Assembly (NCBI GenBank): GCA_050273025.1
Contig: CP158636.1
Location: 7,936,001-8,000,000, forward strand
From: Cenococcum geophilum
Lineage: Eukaryota
DNA length: 64,000 nucleotides
Direction: 5' to 3'
A program made the translations under genes and the position numbers. Of the stretch, positions 47,701-59,853 are shown in pieces; within the stretch, counting starts at the first letter, position 1; every line of letters begins with the position of its first letter. The notes below the pieces were generated by a model. The model was given only the letters and a program-made list of their open reading frames with translations, did not search any database and was not told where the DNA came from.

Positions 47701-49794
47701 CTTTCCTTTTCTTTACTAACATTCCTAGGTAGAGTGCTTAAAGTATTGCATCAATACACGTATTATTTAACTCTGTATTGTCGGCCATAAAATACCCAAT
47801 ATTACCACGGATCTTATAGTCTTTAAAGATATCAAGGAGGACGGCTGCTATATTCTTACCGCTGTGTTCACTAATAACTTCGCGGAGGCCCAATACTACA
47901 TAGCGACGCTTGCCAGCTTAATTAATAAAATGCGCAACTACACCAAGGACTCTAAGTGCATTTGGCGACGTCCAAAGGTCAAAGGATATCAAGATTATGC
48001 TGCGGGCGTTCTTAAGCTCCTTCCTCAATTTACCCTTCTACGTCTTAAACGCCTTAATTACCCAACCGCGAATCGTTTTAGAGGCCTTTAGTAAGTACTT
48101 CTCAAGCCCTAGATATGTAAAGAATAGTAGCTAACGGAAATAGATATTCTTAAATTGGAAGAAGGCAATATAACAATATACGACCTATCGCACGAGCAGC
48201 TGCTTAAAGGTATTAAAATTACAACTCCAAATGAGCGACCTCTCGGCAGGATAATCCTTAACCGTTAATTGAGTTGGAACCGTCTCGCCGTGCTTCTTCA
48301 ATAAGCCTATAGCTTTATCCATATTATAATCCTCAACGAGGTAAGTCAACATGGTAAATCTTCCGCTTGACACGATAGAGAGCTCCTGCGTCTTCTTCAA
48401 CCTCTTACAAATATAACAGTAGTAATATGTAGTCGAGCCGTCGCCCTCCTTTAGCTGTAGATCCTCACCCTAAAGCTATATAGGTGACGTGCGTTGCTTC
48501 GTATGCTTCGGTTTCTTCGTTAAGGCGTTACATCGAATGTAGTTCTTGCCTTGCAGCTTAAACTCAACTACCTCCTTCATGTCGTCGGCTTTCGAATTAA
48601 TTGATTTTGGGGCAAGGATAATATCGTTAGATGGTGGAGGTGGGCGTACTAAGAGAAATCGTTCTATTGCGGAGGCAGGAAAGTTAAATATAACACTATA
48701 ATAATAGGTGTAGATGCAGAGCCGTAACAGCAGAAGCGACAGTAGTAAGGGCAGGATGACTAGGTGTCCTATATTCTATGGCTAATACACTACTTATTAG
48801 ACAGTGAGTTAGTGGTAGAGTTAAGAGAGTTGCTGATTGGCTTCCTCTTATGCACTGACTCCTTAGCGCTCTATTCCTCCTTAGCCGTAGTCCGAATTGG
48901 GTATAGATCTGGAGCTCCAAGAGTTAAATCAACCGTAGATCCACTCTAATCTACCAATTAGAAGGCCCAATCCAAATCCATATCGAAGCCGAATCCACAT
49001 TGGAGCTCCAAATAGACCCCGCTCCAAGTAGATCACTGCATGGTTCGTGGGGCCCCTATTTATCAGGAGAAGGGATTTACAGACTGTGTCGTGAAGTAGC
49101 TGTGTTTCTATATCGCGAGTGCAGGACTAGCAATCTTGGTTTGACTAGCGTTGGCGGGATAGATCGAAAATCCTGGTTTATAGGCGGGAGTCTGCGTTCC
49201 CCGGGGGCAGGGATCTGGTCTACAAATTTTGGAGTGCCCCCAATGCCAGGACGAATTGTCATAAGTGGTTTTAGCCGAGGAATCGATCCGGTCATTTCCA
49301 TTATGCGAAAGTGGAGGGCAGCAGGTTTCTCGCAGCAATACTGGGGCTGTCTTCCGCCCAAGGAGGAGGGGCAGCTAGATCCACATCAGCTCTTTGATGC
49401 ATCGTGGCAAGAACACTGAGATCTAGATGGAGCTCACAGTGTCAGAAACGGTGGAATCGGCTGGCCTGCATACCTCAGCCTGCTCAGTAAATGGTTCTCG
49501 AACGATAGAACAAGGGTGATGCGGCTTTTCCATTCGCTTGAACAGCCGGATCCAAAGACAGATAGCCATCGGTTTTGGAAAAGGCTGATGAATGAAGATA
49601 AACCGTATGAGAATTACAAGATTAAGGGTGCGAGGGAATTGCAGGGGAAGAGGTGGACTGTAGTTCATTGCGACGGGGACTACATTGGGAATAGTCCCCC
49701 TGTGGGGATTCCGCCGCTAGGGGATGCACATCATGCTACTCCTAAAGTTGGATTTAGTCATTTTGCTGCGTTGAGTCCTATTGGAACGTCTTGA
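44705..49794 (+). pseudogene. Intron-less ~536-aa gene (N-terminal Ig/carboxypeptidase-regulatory-like domain plus alpha/beta-hydrolase-like domain) disrupted by a hAT insertion and one in-frame TGA
   Basis: Removing 45568-49038 and one TSD copy joins ...MPICNHGS|WGPYLSGEG... in frame. ORFs 49000-49419 and 49516-49794 share a frame, separated only by TGA at 49417-19. GFSRG nucleophile-elbow-like motif, then DLDG and a C-terminal HH. Confidence 0.85.
45568..49038 (-). mobile_element. hAT DNA transposon, 3471 bp, lightly RIP-mutated transposase
   Basis: TIR CAGTGATCT..TTGGA. 8-bp TSD CATGGTTC at 45560-67 and 49039-46. Minus-strand motifs RCFG[H]IINL (~47665-695), TRWNS (~47215-232) and IPPM[S]DECERL (~46370-405). 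Confidence 0.92.
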
Positions 49795-50930
49795 CCGATG
49801 GCCATATAGATGATATTCGCTGGAATCTTTTAATATTAGTAGATTTCCGAATGACTTACACCTAGTTTGTTTGTTATTGTTTACAAATGAAATGTCTCCA
49901 GGCGGTCAACTCAAACATCCAAAATCCCACACAAAAGGATATCCGCACTAAGGCCCGCTCGAATTAGCAAGAAGAAGAAAGGGGAGTTATATTCAAGGCT
50001 GTCGGGTACCGAGAACTCAAAACACGCCTATGAATGCCCAACTCATCCAATGGAAACTCCACTCGGTAATCTTCATATTGGTGGACTACTGAAAACAGAA
50101 ATTGGCAAAGACTTCAAACTCTTTCAAATCGGTTAGTATATATTTTCCAACTGCCGTCTAGTTCAGAGTATACTCTGTAAGGCAACGCCCCTTTGCTGCA
50201 ATTCAAGCCTAGTATCCTTGTTCTTCTATCAAGTCCTCTCTTCCGCTAAAAGAGATAAAACAAAAACGCCAGCCCTGTGGCAGCGACATTCAACAATATC
50301 TATGACCATGACTTTTCGACAGTGGACAAAGTTGCACATCAGTCAGTTGGAGTCAGTTAGAGTGGTAATTCTTTTATTATACCCAATTCTATGACCACAG
50401 CCAGAACTCGAGTAGCTTTGTAGTAGAATTCAACCCTGCGGATATTTTTTAACTTCCACACAACAGCTCTGCCAGCAGAGAACAACCCCTCAAGTTCTTA
50501 CCCTCCCCTCAATAAACGGGTAGTCTCCCCGAGAATCCTCCCTCACCAAGCCACCACCCCAACCACAGCGCTTGCAAACCATCATAAATAAATAAGAACA
50601 CCATCTCCTTCTCCCCGGCGTTGGTCAGTCCCTCCTCTTTTTCGTCTACGCTGCTCCTATAGATTTCGAACAATACGAGGGTTTCCACTGAAACACATGG
50701 AGAACATACCTTCAATAGGACAAGATTAAAATTGGAGATTCAACACTATGCCTCCCCTCATATAGAAGCTATCTAAAGAAGAACGCCATGTCTTAATCTA
50801 TATAGCTTTTACCACTTCCCACACTAAGGAGCAACACCAGCAACCATAAACAACCTCTCCCTCTTCATCGCAAAGCTCAATACGGTAGTGGGGGCGCCCG
50901 CAGTGATGACTAAGATGTAAGTCTTAGTTA

Positions 50931-51348
50931 ACGTGTTTTACCAGTCAGTGGGACACCTCAAAAACCACCAAAAATTAGAAAATCTGTACCTTAATATCTC
51001 AACAATATCTCAATAATAAATTCTAAAATTTTTATAATTGGCCTTTTATACCTACTTTAAGACTCTTATTAAAGTTTTAGGGTAATAAACCTAGCCGTTG
51101 ATAGCCGTTATTAAGATATCGAGTTTTAGCCCCCAATTTTAAGCTGAATTCCTATATTTCTAAAAGTACTTAATAAATTACCTTTAAAGTTAAATAAGAG
51201 TCTTAAAGTAGGTATAAAAAGCCAACTATAAAATTTTATAATTTATTATTAAGCTATTGTTGAGAGATTAAGGCACTAATTTTCTGATTTTTGGTGGTTT
51301 TTGGGGTGTCCCACTGACTGGGGTGTCCCACTGACTGGTGAAACACGT
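50931..51348. mobile_element. Fot1/pogo-type foldback MITE 1 (418 bp)
   Basis: ACGTGTTT...AAACACGT ends, TA flanks, long internal inverted arms. Confidence 0.85.
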
Positions 51349-51361
51349 TAACGTGTTTGAC

Positions 51362-54300
51362 TTATCTCAGTAAGCGACTCAGACGGCAAGGGCAGAACTT
51401 AAGGCGCACTCACTAATACTAAAGTGTTACTAGTCTTCGCCTAAATAAACGCCACCTTTTTTTAACCAATCAGCTATCTACCGACCTTAAGTTTGCCCTG
51501 CCGTCTGAGGGCCTATCGAGCTTTGGTGAGGCTCGACTTCAATTTTCGCAATTTTGTATAAGAGACACTCTCTCCTATATATTTAACTCCCTAACAATAC
51601 CTTTTTAACCTAATAAGCTAACGAGTCGAATTAGACTAGTCTCCTCTATAATTGATTAGATTTTTATTAAAATATAAAGCTATTAGCTGGGTAAGATTTA
51701 CGTAGAATTTTATAATATTTTGCGACAAAATTGCGCCCAGGCGAGGCTCTAGCAATGCAGCGTCAAAATCACCTTTTTCACTGCCGTATCTCGACCCTTT
51801 AATAATGTCTAGTTATTATAAAAATACTACGAGGTAGGAGCTCTTTAGCTTCTCTATCTATTGCACTAAATAACGACGTTGTAGCTATATTATATAAAAT
51901 ATTAGATATGGGCAGTCGGTCGCATTTTTTATCTAAAACTTATCGCTAGTCGACCCAAAAAAGTCACTCTGCTTCTTTCTACCCATAATTTTAATAACCT
52001 ACTTTTATACTATAGGGTTTTTATATAAATATTCTTAAAATATAGCTTTAGTTATATAATCGATTAACCATAAGAATTCCTTCTATAATGAAATTTGGAG
52101 CTCTTGCTGCACCTAGCCCAAAAAGACTAAAACCAACTAAAAGAACCCTGTAAAACACCCAGAGAATCCCCCTGAGATGCATGTATCGTAGGGGAGGCAC
52201 ACGTCAAACGACGGTGGTTCGCACTCACGCGCGACCGCCAGAACCACGCCTAGCAATAGCCCTCCACAATAAAAACGGGCGAATGCCACACTATAAAGCG
52301 GAAATACCTTTATTAAGAAGGCATCTAATAAAATATAAAGCCTACTAGACGCGTCTAGTACCTAGAATTATAGGGGAGTAACCATTAGCCATAACAATCT
52401 AATATAGCTAGTAAAATGGCTCCGCTAGTTTAGTAAACCTTAGGCGCCCCTTTAGTAAACCCTTAATTAAATCCTCTAACGGCTAAGTAAAATTAAAAAT
52501 AAATAAAAACCCCCCTTACCGGCGAACCGCACCTAGGCCGCTATAGCTGCGCTTTTATAGTATAGGGAACTTACCCCCCTTAAGATAATAACCGGGTATA
52601 TAATTATAATATAACTAAATATAAAAAAAGTAGAGGGGCTTAGGGGATAATTAGAAATAGAAGTCCTTATAGAAATCCGTAAAGAGGTCTATAACGCTAT
52701 TATAGTCCAATACCTTAGGAGCGGAGATATTAGAGTTACCCTAAAGAACTAACAGGTAAAGGAACAAGCCATAAGGGTAGAGGATAGGCTAGGAGAACGT
52801 ATTGGCATAAAAGTACTCTATAAGAATTACCTAGTTAAAGTCCTAGCGGTCCCTATAAGCCTTAGGGTAGAAAAGGGACGCTAGGTAAATAACACAGCAA
52901 TTATATAGGAGATAGTAAGATAAACGGAACGCCTTATACTAGGACTTAAGATTACCTAAATCTAATAGCTTTAATAGGAAAATATAAACTAAGTAAATAA
53001 TAAGAATAATAAGAGGATATAAGGGTCGCTAGAGACTTACTAGGGAGACGCTAGATAAATATATAGCTCCCTTATCGTCAGTATATATATACTAGAAATG
53101 CAAAAACTTCTTATCTAAAAAGAAATAATTATAAACGGCCTTATATACAATATAAGGCTTTATAACTACAGACTATACCTAAAATAATACTATCGCTGCG
53201 TATAATAGGGACACACCTAATCCATATACGTAGTATAGGTGTACTGCGGTCACTATATAGGCCCCCATAATATAAGATACTACTTAAATTAAGACTAAAT
53301 AAAATATATAAACTGCTACTAAAGTATATATAAGGCGTAGAAGAGAGAAGACTATATTAAATATAGAAGACGGAAGGTAAGGGCTTAATAGCTATAAGAA
53401 TAACTATACGTAAGGTTATATAAATAGAAATAACAAGCAATAAGCTAGGGGGGCGCAAGTGCCTTTCTAGCGTTTCCTACCTTTAATACTAGGGGGCTAG
53501 GCTAGCTATCCTAAGCCTTAATAAGCCAGAAGCGACGCTGCGCGATATTACTAGACTATATAGGGATATAAGGGTTACAGGGGACATAAGGGAGAGGATG
53601 CCCTATAGGAAGACCCTTATAGACAGCTATAGTAAGCTTAAAACCAAGACAATTAAGAATTAGACTTAATGCGGCAAATATAATATTTGTAGCTAACTTT
53701 TAAAGGGCGTATAGCTAACTAGTAAGAACAGGGAAAAAACTAAAGATAATAACAGATTTAGATATAGAAGCGCTAGTAGGAATATAAGACATAGGAATAA
53801 AAAGCTCTATATAAAATAAGTAGTAACTAGGGTGTAGACACAAGAGATAAAAGTTCTAAATATTCTAGAGAAAGTGGAAATAGAAGAAGTAAGGAATAAT
53901 AAAGAGGCGAAAGACCCTCGCCGAGGGTCCGCCACCTATCTATTATACAGTATAACTATAGCAATATAAACTACTGTCTTATAAGGCCCCTACTAGACAG
54001 CCTAGACCTAGAGAAATACTATATCCTTACTATATAAAAGCCGTACTATAATACCTATACATAATTAATATACTGCCCCTAAGGATTCTAGCTCCTATAT
54101 AAACCAAAAGCAGCTATATACGTGTGCTTTATAATTAGCAAGACTATTAGCCTATCCTTATAGTTATAGTAGGCAGTTAATCTAAATATTATAGTTATAA
54201 CAATTTAGACATATAGAGGACCGGTATAAATTATTAATATATATAACCCTAGGGTTAAAGGGGTCTTATAAACAGAGAACATTATATTAGTAATAAGCTT

Positions 54301-57300
54301 ACTTAAAACCAAAGGTATAGAGTTTATCCTATTAGGAGACATAAACCTCTACTACCCGTAATAGGGGGGTATCCACGTTGCTGCTAAATAATAGGTAAAA
54401 TGCCTACTAAAAGCTATAGACACCTAGGGCCTTAAGCTAGCTATCCCCCCTAGAGCAATTATATAGCAATAAGGATCCGCTAGAAGTATAATTAACCTTA
54501 TATTTATAGACAAAGGCCTATACTAGAGACTTAAAAGATACAACCCCAAAAAAGAATAGGCACTTACTTTAGACTATATCCCCATCTAGATATAGCTAAA
54601 TTTGGATATTAAGGTATAACTAAATAGTAAAAGATACGCAATAAGGATGCTTAAGGTAGACAGCTTCCTTAATATAGTTAAATAACAACTCTAAGACCTA
54701 GAAGAAATCTACCCAATACTAAACAAGTAAGGCTTATTAGCTACCCCTAAGAAAATTAACTAAAGACTAGAAAGAATCTAGGCAGCAATTAAAAATAGGT
54801 TAGAAGAGTACTACCCGGTCTTAAGACCGGGCCCTTATACGCGACACATATAGTCCGTATAATACGCGGTTCTTATAACTAGCTAATGATAAGTAAGAAG
54901 GAAATACTTAAGTAGCTATAACCCTAAAGATAAGAGATAATATAAAGATATAAGAAACTAGTTAAAGAATACCCTAAAAAAAGAAGTAAGGAATAACTAA
55001 AGACGATTTATAAATAAGCATACTTTTAACCTAAGCCTCCCCTATAATAAGGGCCTATAGGCTATAGCAAAATAGGTAAAGAAAAAGGTAGGGCAACTAG
55101 TAGAAGACCTATACCTACCACCCCTATAAAGAGTAGGGGAATCACAGGCCACTAATAATAACGATAAAAAGGTAAAGATCCTTATAAAAAGGTTCTTCCC
55201 CTAACCGGCTCCAGTAGACCTTAGTAACATTATAGGTAAAACACTAGTAACTCGCCTATAGGTTAACAGCGACATAATAATAAAGAAAATGGCCAGAACT
55301 ATTAGCCGCCTTTTAAATAATATAGCACTAGGACTAAATAGGATTTTAAATAAGGCCCTAAAGACCTATAGACTACTTATAGCACCCTAGCTTATAGATA
55401 TAGCTAAAGCTTACTTTACTATAGGCTACTACCCGCAACTCGGAAGATCTATAATGACGGTTATCCTATAAAAAGAAGGTAAAGCAGATTACTTAATCCT
55501 AGGAAGCTACCGCTATATTGCCTTAGAAAACACCCTTAGCAAGATCTTAGAAAAGGTAATAGCGGACCATATAGCAGACATAGCTAAGGAATACGCCCTA
55601 CTACCATAGAGCTAAATAGGGGTAAGAAAGAACCGCTTAACACTATTAGCACTTACGCTACTCGCTGCCACTATTAAATCTACATAGGCGATGTAAAGGG
55701 ACTTTATAGTATTAATACTTAGCCTAGATATTAGTGGCGCCTATAATAATATATCCTATAAGCGCCTCCTATATATCCTTAGGGCAAAAGGCTTCCCAGA
55801 ATAGATTATATAATTTATTTAAGGGTTTATAGGTTAAAAAGAAACATTATTAGTCTTTAGCGGATACTAGAGCCCCCCTATTATAGTTACAACAGGAATA
55901 CTATAAGGTTTACCCCTCTCGCCTATACTCTTCCTTTTCTTTATAAGCAACTTACTTAACTCCTTTAAAGAAGGGGCAACCTAGGGAATAGGCTTTATTA
56001 ATAATATAAACCTAATTATATACGGGCTAACAGCTGTAGAGAATTGTAAAATACTAAAGAAAGCTTATAATACCTATATAGAATAGGCAAGATAATATAG
56101 AGTCTAATTCTTACTAGAGAAATACTAGCTAATCCATTTTATAAGAAAACGCAACTAATCTATAGATCTTTAGTATATAATTTACATCTAAGGCTTTAGG
56201 GGTTAATTAGTTTAGGGCCTAAGGGTATTAAGAGTATAGGTAGATAGTAAGCTCTAGTAGAGCGCATATATAGCGTAAGCGGCCTATAAGGGCTAAGTAT
56301 AGTACATTATATTATCTAGGATCGTTAATTCTATATAGGGTCTATACTTCTAGAGGTCACGCCTACTATATACAGTAGTTATCCGGCCAACTATAACGTA
56401 TAGGTCCAGTATTTAGGCCATTAGAGAATCTAAAAAAGGCCCCCCTAAGTCACTCCTTAAACTACTTTAAAAGGTCTAAATAGCCTACCTCTAAAGTATA
56501 ATAGGCGTATATAAGCGAACGGCCACAGCACTACTTAAGAAGGAAGCCAATATTCCCCCCCTATAACTATATATTAAAGCCGCTATAATATAAAGGGCGT
56601 AAAATAAACGCAACTCTAATATTATAAAGTATATTAAGACACGCCTAAATAAACTATAGAGGGACCCTAGGGCGCCCCATAAGAGAATAAACTAATAACC
56701 CTAAAATAGGAAAGATATATTAGAGAAATAAGTAAAGAAAGTAAAAGAAAAATAGTGCTACTTTAGGGCCTAGGCCTATATAAAGGAGGAAGGAAAACGT
56801 ATAAGAGGCCAGTAAAGATAATAATAAAAAAGAAAAAGGAGCTAAAGTAGAGTATAAAAGAATGCTAGGAAACTATCTACTATAATATAATACTAGTTAG
56901 ACCAACGCTAAAGAAATATATAGGAGTTAAAGGTATAGAGGCTAACTAAGGCAAGAGGAACCTAAGCTATAGCATAGTTAACGCTATAGGGGGTAAATAC
57001 TCTAGGGCTCTAAGAAGGCCTAATAAAGGTAGAAAATATAATAGTAATACTCTTAAGAATAGGAATAATAGGACTAAAAGACTAGCTCTACTAAGTAGGT
57101 ATCCTAATAGGTAGCCTAAGATATAAATATAGCTGGCTAAGACAGACACCAAAACACGTAATACTGTTATGCCCCTTACGCACTAACTAAGAAGTAATAC
57201 TCTTAGTAGCTAGCATAGAGAACTATAATATACTGCTCTTAATATAAAAAGGCCTTAAGGCGGTTACCTAGTAGCTTATTAGCTAAAATATACTAAACTA

Positions 57301-57916
57301 GTTCCGGGTTATAAGGGAAATAGTAATAGAGAGTAGGGGGGGCAAGCAACGGGCGCCCCCTAATAACTCTATAGTAGTAGAGTAAAGTATGCGATACTAG
57401 CGCGTCCGTAGGCTTATTACGGCAGCAGTGGTTCCCAAGGAGATTAAAAAGTAAGGTAGTAGGAGCACCACAGGTGACTCACAGGCGCCCCGCAGGCGCC
57501 TCGCAGGCGAGTCCTAAAAGGCGGGGAGATGGATCACGGGGTTTTCTCAAATAGAGTTTTCTCCCCACATGTATATAAGGAGTAGTCCGCGTGGGCCCAA
57601 TAGGGATCCGAATCGGACGTTAAGCAATGAATTATTATTATTATATAATCAATTAGATTTTTAAAAATACGTTATTTAGGGTAAAAGCAGGGCATTAGAA
57701 AAGGTAGAAAAGAGATACCAGTCTTAAGTCGACCTTTATACATTTTCGCACCAAAGGCCCTCAGACGGCAAACGAGACAGCGCTTATAACTACAGGGGTT
57801 AATTTATACTAGCAGGGGTTAAATAAAGCTAGCAGGGGTTTTATATAAAGCTATACTAGTTAAGTACTAGTGAGATTTACTGTCTCGTTTGCCGTCTGAG
57901 TCGCTTACTGAGATAA
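51362..57916. mobile_element. Non-autonomous TIR element D (TTATCTCAG ends, 8-bp TSD), ~966 bp net, hosting a LINE
   Basis: 28-bp TIR TTATCTCAGTAAGCGACTCAGACGGCAA. TSD TGTTTGAC at 51354-61 and 57917-24. Confidence 0.9.
52067..57640 (+). mobile_element. Full-length Tad1-like LINE, RIP-inactivated
   Basis: 15-bp TSD TTATATAATC(G/A)ATTA at 52052-66 and 57641-55. ORF1 with CCHC remnants ~53180-53290. Endonuclease LLGD.NL[HH]P ~54330. RT motifs SYR.IALENTLSKILEK ~55505, LDISGAY ~55722 and G.PLSPILFLF ~55905. (ATT)n tail. Confidence 0.9.
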
Positions 57917-59258
57917 TGTTTGACCACTCCCCGGGCCACACCAGTCCTCGGGCCACTCCAAAAACCACCAAAAATCGAGAAAATCGCATTTTGATGTCTT
58001 GACAATGGCTTTATAATAAATTCTAAAATTCCATAGCTAGCCTTTTATGCCTATTCTAAGACTCCTGTTAAAGTTCTAGAATAATAAGCCTAGCCATTAT
58101 CAAGATATTGAGTTTTAGCCCCCAATTTTGAGCTAAATTGCTATTCCTCTAAAACTACTGAATAAATTACTTCCAAAGTCAGAGTAGAGTCTTAGAATAG
58201 GCATAAAAGGTTAGCTATAGAATTTTAGAATTTATTATAAAGCCGTTGTCAAGATATCAAAATGCGATTTTCTCGATTTTTGGTGGTTTTTGGAGTGGCC
58301 CGAGGACTGGTGTGGCCCGGGGAGTGGTCAAACACGTTACTCATACTCGTCACAATCGCAACCAACACCTCCCTCTTCACAGCACCACTCAAACTCGCAA
58401 CAAACGCACTTCCAGCGCCTGTAATCGCAGCTTGGATATCCGCCATGGGAACATCGGGAAGAATCACACTAATCGCAGCCTTTGATTTGTTCAAGAATAC
58501 GGAGTTTGCAATCGCGAGCGCGATGGTGACACTAGAGACTTGGGCACAAGTGGTGAATCCCACTGCTGAAGCGATAAACTCCGGTTCAACAGTAGCCTGG
58601 GCGACGGAGAATGATGCTTGTGCAAAAAGACCAGTGCCGAACCCGAGAATTATGCTGTAGCCGTAGACGCGGGAGGCGCTTGTGTCTACGTCGATGGTGT
58701 ACATGAGTGCGCCTCCGGTGACGACAAGGATACCACCGAGAGTGTACCATGGCATGTAGTATCCGTATGCTGAGAGAATGGCGCCATTTCCGATGACGGC
58801 GAAGACCAGGAGGAAGATGAAGGGGAGGAGACGAACGCCAGCTTTGGGCGGTATCGTCGCGTGTGAATTGGAAGAAGATAGGGACCATGTAGATGGGGAG
58901 GAAGACTGCAGTGCCGCCTGCAGAGGTCATAGCGAAGAGGATGAGGATTGTACGAAATTTGAAGAATTCGACGGGGAAGATCCGACGAGATGTGGTGGTC
59001 AAAGTGGTGTATACTTGTTGGATTCCGAGAATAACAAAGAGAACGCCAGAGCAGACGAAGAGGCCAATGATATTTCCGCTGTTCCATGGGTAGGTGATTC
59101 CACCGAACGAAATGGCCAAGACTCCAGAGACGAAAGCACCGAGGGTAAGAACGGCTCCAAGGTGATTTATCTCACGTGCGCGGTCTATGAGGGAACTCCA
59201 GGGCGAGGGTCCTTGTTGGGGAGCATAAAGAGGTAGACAGGTGCACAGACGGCACCGA

Positions 59259-59316
59259 TGGTGTTCACGGCTTGGCTCAGCGACTCAGCGGGCGCTCAGC
59301 CGAGCCGTGAACACCA
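59259..59316. repeat. 58-bp GC-rich palindrome at the MFS truncation point
   Basis: TGGTGTTCACGGCTTGGCT ... AGCCGAGCCGTGAACACCA. Confidence 0.75.
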
Positions 59317-59853
59317 AGTTAGATCAGGGGTGCCTTTAACTCGCCCACCTCTTGCATATATAGTGGCTCCAAAGCCTCATCTCAGAGTTTTCATTCTAAA
59401 TTGTCCAGTCAACAGCCACGAGCCCGGATTTCTTCCCCCATATAACGTCTGGTCAAAGGATTGGTTATGCTCGTGTTCGGGTATTCACTCGTTAATCTCT
59501 TTTCTACATGGCCAATTTGCGACCACCCACGAAAATTCGATCAATGAGACCCTGGCACCTTTCTGCCACGATACCGGAGGAGCCGTTGTAATGAGCAACG
59601 CGCACCACAACGAGACGCTCGCACCGTACTGTCGAAAAGTCGTTGGGATGAGGAAGTCAATTGTGCAAGAGTGGAATCAGAATTAGAAATGAGATTCGCA
59701 ATGCATTATTCCGTTACGAGTTTACAATTCCCTGGAAGTAGATATAGAAAGGAAATATTGATTGCTTCAGAGAAACCGAAATGACCACACTGAACCGAGA
59801 CTTACGAAATAACAGCAATGGGGTAGATTTGAAAGAGATCAGTCCCGCACGAC

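Larger units (their letters stand above)
51351..58337. mobile_element. Fot1/pogo-type foldback MITE 2 (~424 bp net), its left TIR interrupted by element D
   Basis: ACGTGTTTGAC|...|CACTCCCCGGGCCACACC ... GGTGTGGCCCGGGGAGTGGTCAAACACGT|TA. Arms are homologous to MITE 1. Confidence 0.85.
50824..59260 (-). pseudogene. MFS drug/toxin efflux transporter (DHA2-like) pseudogene: 5'-truncated, frameshifted and split by nested TEs
   Basis: 59260-58338 encodes TM segments (AISFGGITYPWNSG..., GVRLLP, GYYMPWY) with frameshifts near 59185 and 58845. The C-terminus KTYILVITAGA...MKRERLFMVAGVAP* lies at 50926-50824. Confidence 0.88.

Noticed and set aside
49860..50750. Coding-looking minus-strand fragments (e.g. 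ORF 50509-50715 and YEDYRVEFPLDELG near 50050)
   Set aside because: Possibly a degraded gene, but I could not build a consistent exon model or recognise a family.
58249..58337. C-terminal extension of the MFS ORF (FDHSPGHTSPR...)
   Set aside because: Read-through into MITE 2; the true C-terminus is at 50926-50824.
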